From: a virus
Taxonomy: Duplodnaviria; Caudoviricetes
Strand: one strand, 5' to 3'
Length of the DNA stretch: 64,000 bases
IMG/VR virus record: IMGVR_UViG_3300028601_000027
Location: 1 to 64,000 of that record
Shown: positions 19,237 to 29,377 of the stretch, one piece after another
How the letters are laid out: every line of letters begins with the position of its first letter
Numbering within the stretch: the first letter of the stretch is position 1
Notes under the pieces: generated by a model
Database searches by the model: none
What the model saw: the letters and a program-made list of their open reading frames with translations, nothing else
Told to the model about the DNA's origin: nothing
Program-made: the position numbers and the translations under genes

Positions 19237-20169
19237 TTAATCAAATGGTATATCGTCATCATCTAGTGAAGCAAAGAAATCATCTTCGTCATCATCATCT
19301 CCAAAATCAGGAATGTCATCATCCTTATCGAATGGAGTCTTATCTTCCTCTTCTTTAGCTGGCTTTTCCTCAGCCTTCTCATTAGCTTGTTGTTCACGTA
19401 GTTCATCTAGTACTGACTTAGAACTACCACCACCAAGATAACTAGCTAGTTTTTTCTTTAGTTCTTCTTCAGATTTAAACAGTTTAGGATCAAGAAACTC
19501 ATCTAGGTCATAGATAGAATTATATACTTTCTCCATCTGTTCTTCATCACCATCACAAATTGGATTACCTTCAAATTCGAATCGGCACTTATCATAATCA
19601 TTAACTGGTCGGGTAAATTGAGGGATAGTCTTTTGACTAATGTTTAGACGGAAATTGTGTCCATTCATAATGTTGAAAACACTAATTGGGTCAAGGTCAT
19701 CATCAGGATCACCCTTTACCGCACCCTCAATCTTCTTGAAAATTTCCCTACCAAACTTATAAAGAAAAACCTTACCTTCATTTTCAGGTGCGTTTTCATC
19801 CTTGACTACTAGGATGTTAGCAATATACCATGTTTGTTTAACAGCTTTCCTATTACCCTTATTGTACTCTTCTTGAGCATAGGCACAAATAGGGCAAGGA
19901 ATCTTTAGTGTCCAAGGACATTCCTCAATAAACCAACGCTTAGTTTCAGGGTTCTGGAAACCATGCTTAAACGTTTTCACGTATGGCGCTTTAGTAGGGT
20001 CAGTTTGTGGTAGAAACCTGATAATAGATTTACTATTACCACTAGCATCCTTAGTTGGCATCCAAAAACGATCATCCTTAAATGACTTAGTGTCTTTCTT
20101 TTCTGACTCATCGATAAAACTAGCTTCATCTTGTTTCGCCTGTGCTTTCTTAAATTCTGCAAATCCCAT
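19237..20169 (-). CDS. gp32: Single-stranded DNA-binding protein (gp32-like)
   Basis: DDRFWMP...IIRFLP...HGFQ...WFIEEC...CPIC...GKVFLYKFG; acidic tail. Confidence 0.96.
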   Translation of the reverse strand: MGFAEFKKAQAKQDEASFIDESEKKDTKSFKDDRFWMPTKDASGNSKSIIRFLPQTDPTKAPYVKTFKHGFQNPETKRWFIEECPWTLKIPCPICAYAQEEYNKGNRKAVKQTWYIANILVVKDENAPENEGKVFLYKFGREIFKKIEGAVKGDPDDDLDPISVFNIMNGHNFRLNISQKTIPQFTRPVNDYDKCRFEFEGNPICDGDEEQMEKVYNSIYDLDEFLDPKLFKSEEELKKKLASYLGGGSSKSVLDELREQQANEKAEEKPAKEEEDKTPFDKDDDIPDFGDDDDEDDFFASLDDDDIPFD

Positions 20170-20418
20170 TAGTGTTACTCCTTTTAATGTTGTTAGTTAA
20201 TGATACCACTTATAATCCACTTGTACTACTAGGTTTTCGTCACCAGCTTGCTCCTTTGTTTCAAATACTAATAAACACCCAATGCAACCATCAGTCATAT
20301 CTCCTATACTTGCGCTTTTTGTTTTAATGTTGACGCTAACCACATGTCAATCCTCCATTGTTAATCTGTTATCGAATATAAGTTACATGATAATAGGATA
20401 GTCACCACTTGTCAACAA

Positions 20419-21042
20419 CTATTTTTGGATTAGGTTTTTTCCAATAGTACCAATCATAACCTTTGGTTGTTTCTCACCTTTTAATTCTCTAGCGTAAATG
20501 TAATCTTTATATGGTTCGTTCTTAGGATCATCAGGATCTAAACCTGCTTCTACTAAATCCTCTTCTGGTATTTCGTCTAGTGTATAAATTTTCTTATTAG
20601 GGTTTAGTTCCTTTACCTTATCAACATCTACCATAAAGTCAAGTAAATCTTCTGGTAAAAACAACTTTCTAATAAATCCCCAACTACCCTTAGATACTTC
20701 AAAGAATCCTCTAACTGGTTCTTGTTTCATAGCTAGGGCTAGTAATCGTTTAGCTTCATCAGAACCATCTATACAAGTAGCTACACGCTTTCTACCATTT
20801 TTCTCCTTATAAAATAATCCACCTATTACTTTACCATCACTTTTAATCACTTTCCAAAATGGGATATTGTTAATCATATCTTCCTTAGATTCAAATCCCT
20901 TAGTCTTAAGACCACCTATTTCCTCATAGGTTTTCTCTAACATGTTCCATAATTTATCTACATACTCTTCACGCTTGTCTTCATCTTTTAGAAATAGATT
21001 TTCGTATTTTTCTGTTATAACGTATTGTGAAAACTTAAGCAT
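20419..21042 (-). CDS. Putative internal head protein, GNAT-like fold suspected
   Basis: N-terminus MLKFSQYVITE (capsid-targeting-like). Confidence 0.45.
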   Translation of the reverse strand: MLKFSQYVITEKYENLFLKDEDKREEYVDKLWNMLEKTYEEIGGLKTKGFESKEDMINNIPFWKVIKSDGKVIGGLFYKEKNGRKRVATCIDGSDEAKRLLALAMKQEPVRGFFEVSKGSWGFIRKLFLPEDLLDFMVDVDKVKELNPNKKIYTLDEIPEEDLVEAGLDPDDPKNEPYKDYIYARELKGEKQPKVMIGTIGKNLIQK

Positions 21043-21578
21043 TATTCTATTTCCCCTATAGCGTATCCGTATTTAATTCTATGGTTTATTTTTTCAAATG
21101 CTTGGGCTGTTTTAGTGTAACGGTGATTGCCACCTGCATTTATTACAATGTCATCACACTTCAGTTTAGCTAGACTAGTTTCTACATGGTCAATCTTCTC
21201 ATCACCTAGCTCTAGAAACAGACTACCAGTATAACTAAACTTGTCCTTAATTGGGTCTATGGATTTTAGTGCATCTACATAATCATCACTAACCCAATCA
21301 TAACATTTAGGTAGGAGTTCATAAGGTCTAATGCAAGGGTTTATTAGATGTAGTTCGTCTACCTTAGAGTAAAACAATAGTGCAAAATAACAACCAATAC
21401 TCTTAGCTACAATGTGCTCTATTTTCTCTTCGACAATGATTTTATTTATTTGTTCTATAGTAGCTGGTATATCGTTATAATCTAGTTTAGGAGAAATCCA
21501 ATCTTCATAATTAATCGGTTTTCCTAAGTATCCATGCAAGTACAATGTTTTCATATCAAATCTCCTTAAAGTAAACAA
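21042..21578 (-). CDS. YqiA/UPF0227-like alpha/beta hydrolase
   Basis: LYLHGY...VAKSIGCY...LINP...GGNH. Confidence 0.75.
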   Translation of the reverse strand: MFTLRRFDMKTLYLHGYLGKPINYEDWISPKLDYNDIPATIEQINKIIVEEKIEHIVAKSIGCYFALLFYSKVDELHLINPCIRPYELLPKCYDWVSDDYVDALKSIDPIKDKFSYTGSLFLELGDEKIDHVETSLAKLKCDDIVINAGGNHRYTKTAQAFEKINHRIKYGYAIGEIE

Positions 21579-21633
21579 GACAACCTACATTATTAGTATA
21601 TAAGTTGTCTTGTGTTTTGTCAATAGTTTTTGT

Positions 21634-22194
21634 TTACTTTTTAGAGCGTATTTGTTTTATTCGTCTACCTATCCCGCTATCTTCTACACATGCTTCATGT
21701 AGACTGAATATTTTACCTGCCCCACCACCTCTTAGGATAGTGTAACCATACTCAAACTTATCTCGCTTGAAATCCTTACCATCACTAGCTATCTTGTCTT
21801 TATTACCTTCTTTGTCAATAATGAATACCTCAGTAGAACCTTCTGGTTTAAACATAAACCCATCTTGCTCATACTTCTTAGTGTTCTCTAAGAGAATGTT
21901 ATATAGCTTATCATTATCATTTTCTGAACCAATGACTAAGATAGAATCTTCTTGTACATCTACCTTTTCACCAGTTTCTTCATTAGTTTCTTTCCATGCA
22001 CCATCTACCCAAACATAACCATAACCAGCACTTCTTAGTTTCTGAGCTAGTATTTTGTTATCCCTAAGACCATCTTCTACGGGTTTATCTTTCCTGAAAG
22101 TAGTGATTACTCCCACTGGGATATCAGGATTAGTGAAATGATTAAACACTCGTGATAGTTTTACTTCTGTTAGATATTGTTTATAGTTTTTCAT
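21634..22194 (-). CDS. SAM lyase/hydrolase-like protein (T3 gp0.3-like family) with capsid-targeting-like N-terminus
   Basis: GVITTFR...N..L...LR..GYG...GAWKE...EDS...YEQD matches the T3 SAMase pattern (SAFRS...LR...G.Y.E...EE...WEQD). Confidence 0.6.
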   Translation of the reverse strand: MKNYKQYLTEVKLSRVFNHFTNPDIPVGVITTFRKDKPVEDGLRDNKILAQKLRSAGYGYVWVDGAWKETNEETGEKVDVQEDSILVIGSENDNDKLYNILLENTKKYEQDGFMFKPEGSTEVFIIDKEGNKDKIASDGKDFKRDKFEYGYTILRGGGAGKIFSLHEACVEDSGIGRRIKQIRSKK

Positions 22195-22744
22195 AATCTT
22201 CTCCGTTTAATAGACTTTCTAATTTAGACTTAGCTGTATTAGCGATTACTATAGTCTTATTTCCATAACCATCATTCTTAACTTCAGTTACTTCCCAACT
22301 GTCAGTGTGTTGTAGTAACACCTTATTAATAATCTTCCTATATAGTTCTACTCTATCTGGTCTAGCTGTGATATGTATTGGTCTAGTGTATTGAATAGTT
22401 TCTAGTATGATCTTTGCTATACTGGCGAATACGCTTAATGAAGTTTTACCTAGTGTATTAGTATTTTCGTATTCGTTCTTTTGACTAAGGTTTATGAAAT
22501 GAAATTCGGTATGTTTAGGTTTTTCAATGCTGAACAACAATATATCATCTTTGTCCTCAATCAAGTAACCATACCTAAACCTAGTGTTCTTTAACTTATC
22601 ATCTATCATTTCATGTTCATCAGGGTGTAACTCTTTATACATATCAGATAATAGTTTTCTCACTTCCATAGGGGTTTTCTTCTTATATGGTAGTGCATTG
22701 TTTAGGTCAAATGATTCTACTATATATTGTTTATATGTTCTCAT
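22181..22744 (-). CDS. Putative internal head protein
   Basis: N-terminus MRTYKQYIVE is close to T4 IP MKTYQEFIAE. Confidence 0.5.
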   Translation of the reverse strand: MRTYKQYIVESFDLNNALPYKKKTPMEVRKLLSDMYKELHPDEHEMIDDKLKNTRFRYGYLIEDKDDILLFSIEKPKHTEFHFINLSQKNEYENTNTLGKTSLSVFASIAKIILETIQYTRPIHITARPDRVELYRKIINKVLLQHTDSWEVTEVKNDGYGNKTIVIANTAKSKLESLLNGEDYEKL

Positions 22745-22753
22745 TAATCTTCT

Positions 22754-22930
22754 CTAACCCCTCTTTTTATAATATGATCCGTCTTTTCTTTGCAGCCACG
22801 CCCCTATCGGGGCTTTTTCTTCTGCTTTGCACCGCCAACAAATTTCTTGCGGAGACGAGTAATGAACGTTCGGGGTTTTGTCGTTCTCAATGATCTTTGA
22901 TCCGCATTTTTTACACACTGTTTTTCTCAT
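22754..22930 (-). CDS. Small CxxC/CxxC Zn-binding protein (58 aa) next to an attC half-site
   Basis: Read manually (MRKTVCKKCG...CWRC...KRG*); GAGGAG RBS; GC-richer than the flanks. Confidence 0.6.
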   Translation of the reverse strand: MRKTVCKKCGSKIIENDKTPNVHYSSPQEICWRCKAEEKAPIGAWLQRKDGSYYKKRG

Positions 22931-22956
22931 AGAATTCTCCTCTTCTCAGTAGCGCA

Positions 22957-22980
22957 AACTAACAATTAGTTCAAGCGGAT
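22957..22980 (+). other. attC-like left half-site (R'' AACTAAC, 5-nt spacer, L'' GTTCAAGC)
   Basis: AACTAAC-AATTA-GTTCAAGC-GGAT parallels aadA attC (GTCTAAC-AATTC-ATTCAAGC-CGAC). Confidence 0.65.
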
Positions 22981-23121
22981 GTGCTCTAGTGTGCTTTCGG
23001 CCATAAAAAAGGTGGCGTCGCCCAGCTCTGATGCTATCAGCACTTCACCAACCTCACATTGCCTCGCGAGTCTGTTTTTGGTTGGCTATGGCTCCTCGCA
23101 CGACGCCATAAATCAAAAATC

Positions 23122-23169
23122 ACATAACCATACATTCAAATGGGCAAGCCGGTTAACGCGACGTTATAT
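23122..23169 (+). other. Short attC-like site (48 bp)
   Basis: ACATAAC-5-ATTCAAAT-GGGCAAGCC-GGTTAAC-5-GTTATAT; the stop codon of ORF 23164-23472 lies in the GTTA core. Confidence 0.65.
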
Positions 23170-23472
23170 GTTCTCATTATTCTTCTCTAAACACTCTTTT
23201 AGTATAGCTCCATTTCCAGTATAACCATGATGTGCTAACCATACAGGATCAGCAGTTTTAGTATCTACGATTTTACCATGAACATAGTTATGAGGTAGAG
23301 GAGTACCATAAGGAACCATGTCGAAAAACTTCTTCCAATATTGTACTACCTTGTTTTTATTACCTAGTTTCTCTACTACTGTTTTCAGTCTAATTTTACG
23401 ATTCCATTCTAGAGCTACCTTGAATTCCAGACTATCTTTATCCAATCCACCATGTTGAATAATCATACTCAC
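23164..23472 (-). CDS. Hypothetical protein ending in the attC core
   Basis: ORF track; TAA overlaps GTTATAT. Confidence 0.7.
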   Translation of the reverse strand: MSMIIQHGGLDKDSLEFKVALEWNRKIRLKTVVEKLGNKNKVVQYWKKFFDMVPYGTPLPHNYVHGKIVDTKTADPVWLAHHGYTGNGAILKECLEKNNENI

Positions 23473-23672
23473 TCCTTGTTCGGGTTATTAGGTGTAGTAA
23501 CCATAGCACTAAACGGATTGTCTGTCAACACAAATTCAGACATTTTCTTTTGTCTACATCTAGGACAATCATAATCTAATCGTAATTGGCTAAACACACT
23601 GTTATTTATTAGGTAACGACAAAAAGGACATTTACGATAAGTTTCTTTGTTCATGCTTTCCTCCTGATACAA
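23469..23672 (-). CDS. Small Zn-ribbon protein
   Basis: CPFC...CPRC. Confidence 0.6.
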   Translation of the reverse strand: MYQEESMNKETYRKCPFCRYLINNSVFSQLRLDYDCPRCRQKKMSEFVLTDNPFSAMVTTPNNPNKE

Positions 23673-23801
23673 ATTAACCCCTACAGGATAATCACCACAT
23701 AGGGGCTAATATTGCTACTCTCGCTTCCATTTTAAGCCTGTATTGAAAAGTTTTGAGAAAATGATGCTAGGGTATTAGTAGACACATAAAACCGCTTAGA
23801 A

Positions 23802-24170
23802 TCAATTTTTCTTGATTGCCATACCCAGTAAGTAGATATTGGTATCAAGTAGAGTAAGGATAGAAATTAGCGCATCTTCAACAGATACATTTTCTTCATC
23901 ACTAATAGCTTCAGTAATAGTTTCCCTACATCCAACTAAACAATCAATAATGTCATTATCAGAATAAGAATACTTAATATCTATAGTAGCTTCACCTGAT
24001 AACATGTCAGTATAACTAAGGTGTCTTTCAGCTAAGGTATCAACTAATTCTTGTAGTTCCTCGTAAAGTTCACCCAAGATAGTGTGAACTTGGTGATTAT
24101 CAGTTAACCAATGGCAAATTTGAGATTGCACCATTGTACGAAATATTCTAGTGATTACTTCTTGTGTCAT
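23802..24170 (-). CDS. Ferritin/Dps-like four-helix protein
   Basis: HWLT..HQVH..LGELYEEL.ELVD.LAE pattern. Confidence 0.72.
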   Translation of the reverse strand: MTQEVITRIFRTMVQSQICHWLTDNHQVHTILGELYEELQELVDTLAERHLSYTDMLSGEATIDIKYSYSDNDIIDCLVGCRETITEAISDEENVSVEDALISILTLLDTNIYLLGMAIKKN

Positions 24171-24217
24171 ATAGTAACTCCAGAGTTTAGGTTATTGATT
24201 AATAGTTACTATATTAT

Positions 24218-24916
24218 TTATTCGTTTAGTTTTTTGCGATAATGTTCAAATTCATTCATCATCCAATCTGAAAAATCATCACGTATTGAATGTGGGATTG
24301 GAGCAGATTCAATAACATACTTGTAATAAGGTTGTGCGTTGATTTTTGCTATAGCTACTCCTACCTTCTTAACAAACTTATCATCCTTATGACATAACGA
24401 CCAACCAAACTTCTTGCCATCAGTCCAAAATGTAGCATATGGATGTCTATTTTTATCCCGTAGATATTTTACCTGCATCGTTAATATCCTTTCTATATTA
24501 GCTCAAAAATGTAATCAGGCTCTAGTCCAAAGTGTTCAGCACAAATGTCTTCAGCATATTCCATATCACCCATAGACATAGCTTCTGCTAAATCTCCCTT
24601 AGCTTCAGCAATCCTATCATTAGCTTCTTCCTCAGATAACCCATCACGTTGCATTAGTATCTCTTTAATAGATTTCATCGTTAACCTCCATCTTACTGTT
24701 GTTTTTTTGGTAAAATACACTCAAGAACAATTCTTTACGCATTAGTGAATCTCGAATAGCGGGCTTAGTGTATTCTGTAAATTTATCATATAATTGCCAT
24801 TTAATTTCTTCTATATTGACAATGTCTTGTTCTGCTAGATATTTAGCACAATCTAAACACTTAGCAAATTCTAGCGCATCTTCTTGACTTTCAAAATACT
24901 CGATTACTTTTTCCAT
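24218..24916 (-). CDS. Three small hypothetical ORFs (24218-24478, 24493-about 24678, 24665-24916)
   Basis: Co-oriented, closely packed ORFs. Confidence 0.55.
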
Positions 24917-24919
24917 TAG

Positions 24920-25975
24920 TTAGTTCTCCTGTTGGCTTAAAATTAAGTTACCACATGTTACTAGACTGTCTTCCTCATCAGTAGATGGAACAAATACTAG
25001 CACATTAAATCCAGCTTCCTTTAATTTTTCCTCTACTTCCTTGTAGGGCGTGTAATTGTTGTACCCTTCATTAGTCTGAATCCCATTTTGTCTACAAGCA
25101 GTGTTATTATGTATAGGAGTAATCTTACACATAAAATGATCTGTGTCAAACAATTCACTTAACAATTTAGCATCTACTTCATAACCATCAGCTAAGGCAA
25201 AGTTTAGGCAATACTTCCTACCTACTGGTTCTGGTAAAGTGCTACACATTATAGCTATATCTTCTAAAGAATGAACACCATCATTAAACATTTCATTACG
25301 TTGTTCGTCATTAGTAGAATTGATACTTAGTTGTAATCCAGCTTGACCATTGTACAAGTTATTCTTAATATCACACCATTCTTTTAAATATTTGTGTGTG
25401 TTAATTCTATGAACAGCTTTAGGTAAACAAGTAGTAAACACTGGATGAATAGTTTCTACTCGTAATCCCCAACTTTTTTGGTAAGCTAGTTTATTTTTCT
25501 GAATATCTTTTGCTAGGGAAAACACATTTTCGGTATTAAACATTGGTTCGCCACATCTAGCAAAGTGAATGTTTAGTCTATCAGTGTAACATAAATCAGG
25601 ATTAAATGTAGTATTAAGATCAATAGCACTTTGTATTTGTTGTGCCATATCTCCTATAGTAGCATTACCTCTAAACTTAATCTTAGGGCAATCGCAAAAA
25701 GTGCAATTCATAATGCAACCATACTGAGTACTGATAGTGATTACCCATTTCTCACTAAGTGGTAAACACTCTCCATTCGGCACTCCATTGATTTCATTAT
25801 AGAAACCAAGGAAGTCTGCTTTAATATTCTTAGCTTTACCATAATCACCAATAGTAAGAGTTTCTAGTAAACCCTTTTCATATGTGTCAGTAAATAGAAA
25901 TCCAGTTGGTATTTTTTCTACATTCATATTAATCCTTATGCGAGTTATTGAAAAAATTAAACAAATCTGATGCAA
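24920..25975 (-). CDS. RlmN/Cfr-like radical SAM enzyme (likely start MNVEK)
   Basis: ISTQYGCIMNCTFC (CxxxCxxC), GEP, LQLSINS, C-terminal TCGNL. Confidence 0.8.
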   Translation of the reverse strand: MHQICLIFSITRIRINMNVEKIPTGFLFTDTYEKGLLETLTIGDYGKAKNIKADFLGFYNEINGVPNGECLPLSEKWVITISTQYGCIMNCTFCDCPKIKFRGNATIGDMAQQIQSAIDLNTTFNPDLCYTDRLNIHFARCGEPMFNTENVFSLAKDIQKNKLAYQKSWGLRVETIHPVFTTCLPKAVHRINTHKYLKEWCDIKNNLYNGQAGLQLSINSTNDEQRNEMFNDGVHSLEDIAIMCSTLPEPVGRKYCLNFALADGYEVDAKLLSELFDTDHFMCKITPIHNNTACRQNGIQTNEGYNNYTPYKEVEEKLKEAGFNVLVFVPSTDEEDSLVTCGNLILSQQEN

Positions 25976-26023
25976 TAAAGAAGATAATGACCATTACGAA
26001 TCCGATAGCGTTTTCATCTACAA

Positions 26024-27199
26024 TTACTCGAATACAACAACTCCCTTCAATGCTTCTTCTATTGCTTCATTAAAAGAACAACCACCATTATAAAAACTAA
26101 CTACAAAATCATATGTGCCATCTTTGTTATCAATAGCCTTAAAAATGTCTTCAGTATCATAAAATTCATGGGTTAGTATTTCATATAATTCATCACTAAT
26201 CATAACATATTTCTCGTAAAACTCTTCTAGAAAGAATTCCTCAATAGTTTCTGAATATTTGTTCTTCCTCTCCAGATATTCATTCCACATACTCTTTTCT
26301 TTAATTACAGCTTCCATAAATGACTCAAAAGTACCAATTCCAGTATCCACTTTCTTAATTTTACCAGTATACATTACTTGTTCGCTCATAGTTTCATTTC
26401 TCCTTATTATTTGTAAGCTACACCTGCATGGGTGTAAAAGTTCCAGAACAAATCTTTGATTAGTTGTTTACCATCGTCATCTAACTCTTCTGTTATTTTT
26501 TGTATTTGATAATTGTAACCATCAGTAGAATAACATATTTCATGTAGTTCTCGGTAAATATCACCTAACATTTTAACTTGATTGGAATTATTATCATTAG
26601 CAAACTTCTCTACAACATCATCAGAAGTAATTTCTACTCTTATTGTTTTCTCAGTAATCATTTTAGTTCTCCTTATACTCATCGTATTCTTCTTTATTTT
26701 GTAAATGTACAAAAACATTTGGCATTTCGTATAGTTTCATTCCCATTCTCCGTTTTCAAAAAATTGGTCAGCTTGTTCTTTATTAGTAGTACAAATCAAA
26801 TATGACTTAGTACGCTTACCTTCACTATCTTGTACATACATAGTACCAACAATCCTACCCCTAAATGATTGCCACATTAGTTGTAGTTTTTCTTTTAGTG
26901 TAGTTGGAATAATAAATACGATAGTCTCTAGTGCATCATTTTCTAGTCTCATGTAATCTGCCATTGATTCTCTCCTTATCATATTCATCTATACACACCT
27001 TATTATATGCATCTATACACACCTTATCATATTCATCTATACACACCATATTAAACTCCATTCCTAAAATCTTCTTAGGACAATCATCATAATAGATTAT
27101 TTCGTATCCTACTCCTTCTAGCATTTCAGTGATAGCACTCGAAACATTTCCTACAACGAGTACTTTATTCATAATGTTGCCCCAATGAAAACACATCAT
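26024..27199 (-). CDS. Four small hypothetical ORFs (26024-26389, 26407-26718, 26737-26988, 26936-27199)
   Basis: Co-oriented ORFs in an operon. Confidence 0.55.
26975..27047. repeat. 24-bp tandem repeat x3 (VCIDEYDK units)
   Basis: cttatcatattcatctatacacac repeated three times with minor variants. Confidence 0.9.
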
Positions 27200-27683
27200 C
27201 TAAGTTTACTATATCACCATTTAAGATTTTTGTAAACACTTGTTTTAAAAATAATGTTACCTCTTTCTCGAAGTCACCATTGTTCCTATTACCAGCTACA
27301 TTTAATACTTTGATATTATTAGCTTTTATCCATAATACTATAGGAGTTATAGCTAAGTTGGGATTATTGAAATCAATTATCAAATGGGGTTTACCTTGTT
27401 TCTTACATTCATTAAGGGTTAACTTAGTACCAGCAGAACTAAGATTATAGGCTACTATTAATGTACCGTCACTATCCTTTATGTTTTTCTTAGTTCTAGG
27501 AACATATCTATAACTAGAATCTTCCACTAATCCATACTCAGTTTTAAGTTCGTAGTTACTACCATTTTCTGTACGATAGTTTTTAGGTGCAGTACCACCA
27601 GTAGTAATACCAACTTCTTTAGCGGCTATTAATCCTGCTATATCTGCACCAGTTTGACCACCAGATATTACTTTGGTTAACAT
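27165..27683 (-). CDS. SLOG-superfamily (MoCo-carrier-like) nucleotide-binding protein
   Basis: KVISGGQTGADIAGL...RT..N...SDGTL...VLNVAGNR. Confidence 0.8.
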   Translation of the reverse strand: MLTKVISGGQTGADIAGLIAAKEVGITTGGTAPKNYRTENGSNYELKTEYGLVEDSSYRYVPRTKKNIKDSDGTLIVAYNLSSAGTKLTLNECKKQGKPHLIIDFNNPNLAITPIVLWIKANNIKVLNVAGNRNNGDFEKEVTLFLKQVFTKILNGDIVNLDDVFSLGQHYE

Positions 27684-27687
27684 GTAA

Positions 27688-28745
27688 TTACCTTTCTAAG
27701 CTGGATTCTTCTAGTAATCCACGAAACGTTTTCTTGAACTCACTCATTCTTGTTTCTTTTTCTAAATGATATTCAATCGATTCTATTAGCTCATTGGCAA
27801 AATATAACTGTTCCGATATTGCTTCCAATCTTTTGTCTGTGTCTTCCATCTCTTTTTTTAGTTTAGCAGTATCTTCAATGCTTTCCTCATACGCAATTTT
27901 AGCGTTTTCATCTTGACAGTAATGAGTAAAATATTCTTCAGGTGTGATTCCACTAATATCATCGTGGTTACAAATAGTAATCATTGAGTTCTCCTTTATT
28001 ATTTGTTGTTTATTTCCGTCACTTACAGTTACAATATACACGGTAACTATTATATTGTCAAACAAAAAAGCCACTCTAAATGATTAGAGTGGCTTAATGT
28101 TAGTGTAGTTATTTTAAATATATTTCCAATAAACTATTTCATAATCTTTTGTCATTTAACATTTTTTGTGGTAATCCATCTTTCGTAGATAATCAATGAA
28201 TTTTATATTATCCTCTTTTTGATCTTCTGGTGTTACATGAGTAAACCTAATTCCATTAGTAGCTAGCCTATTGATCAACTCAGCCACAGTTATGTTCTTA
28301 ATTTTATCATAATAGAAACTAGATTCATCACCACCAGCTTTCTTAACAGAATCTAGTAGTGATTGATGCATCTCAATAAAACTTTCTCCTACAAATTGTC
28401 TTTGTTTATCATTCATCTTTAAACTCCTATATGTGTAGCTTCACTAAAATGTAAATTGTAGTCTAACAATTCCTGCATTTGTTGTTCAATCAAATCTTCC
28501 CTACTAATCACTTCTATAATTCCCTCATTTACACCAAAACAATTAGTTCCGTCCAACATCGGTGGATTAAAGTTATGAAGAATCCCTTCTCTAAATGAAC
28601 GATAAAAATGACCATCATGGTAAGCATTTGGACCTAAACTTTCATTTTCAAGTAATTGTATTAATGCTTCGTAACTATCTGCTGTAGCTACTGGTATATA
28701 ACGTTCAGCGTTAGCTGTTACTGGATTTAAATATAGTGCAAACAT
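27688..28745 (-). CDS. Three hypothetical ORFs (27688-about 27985, 28156-28416, 28419-28745)
   Basis: ORF track; terminator plus TTGACA-17-TATATT promoter at about 28033-28096. Confidence 0.55.
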
Positions 28746-28786
28746 AGGTTACTCCTTTTCTCCTACAAATTGTCTTTGTTTATCAT
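28383..28786. repeat. 30-bp exact direct repeat (28383-28412 and 28757-28786)
   Basis: tttctcctacaaattgtctttgtttatcat occurs twice, duplicating a gene 5' end. Confidence 0.9.
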
Positions 28787-28927
28787 CCATTTTAAAGCCC
28801 CATTCGTTTTAGTCTACGCCGTTGTGGGTACAAATAAACCATAATGCATGTTGTCATTCAATAAAAGACTAGCTACATATCATTGATCATCATAATTGTG
28901 AGGATTACGTGCAATCATTCCCATATC

Positions 28928-29377
28928 TTATACAGGGTTATGGTTTTCATCAACCTTCACGTACTCGGTTTTAGGCGTGTACGGAAACTCAACATCTACC
29001 ACGCTATCTGATGACGAAAAGGCTACCCCATTAGGTTCTACAAACGCCTTTCCTCGTATGTCGTAAGTATGTCCTGTCTTCTTATCTTTGAATACACGGG
29101 AGCAACGTTTGTTCTGGTACATATTTTCATCCACGTCCGTCCACTCGTCGTCTGTACCTTGTAGAGGGGTGAGGGGTTCCCACCGGGCTAATTTCTCAAA
29201 CATACTAATACAAAAAGGTGCGCTAAAACCGCTGTGTCCTTGTTTTGCGAATACGTTTAATAGTTCTAGAACGTTTTCCTGTATCCATTTATTAGGACCG
29301 TCTTCCTGCTCTTGATCCAAAGGAATATACCCTGCTGCTTTCAGTTCCTGTTTTGCGAAATCTATATATGCGCTCAT
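28928..29377 (-). CDS. Hypothetical phage protein (HSGFSA...PLTPL.G.DDEW)
   Basis: Clean ORF with RBS, GC-richer codons. Confidence 0.75.
   Translation of the reverse strand: MSAYIDFAKQELKAAGYIPLDQEQEDGPNKWIQENVLELLNVFAKQGHSGFSAPFCISMFEKLARWEPLTPLQGTDDEWTDVDENMYQNKRCSRVFKDKKTGHTYDIRGKAFVEPNGVAFSSSDSVVDVEFPYTPKTEYVKVDENHNPV

Noticed and set aside
20197-20345. Small ORF that appears split by a 1-nt frameshift (MWLASTLKQKAQV* / MTDGCIGCLLVF...)
   Set aside because: Too short to distinguish decay, sequencing error or two tiny ORFs; no slippery site.
23011-23108. HDV-like ribozyme (contains UCCUCGC)
   Set aside because: P3 flanks do not pair and P1.1/P4/J4-2 elements are missing.
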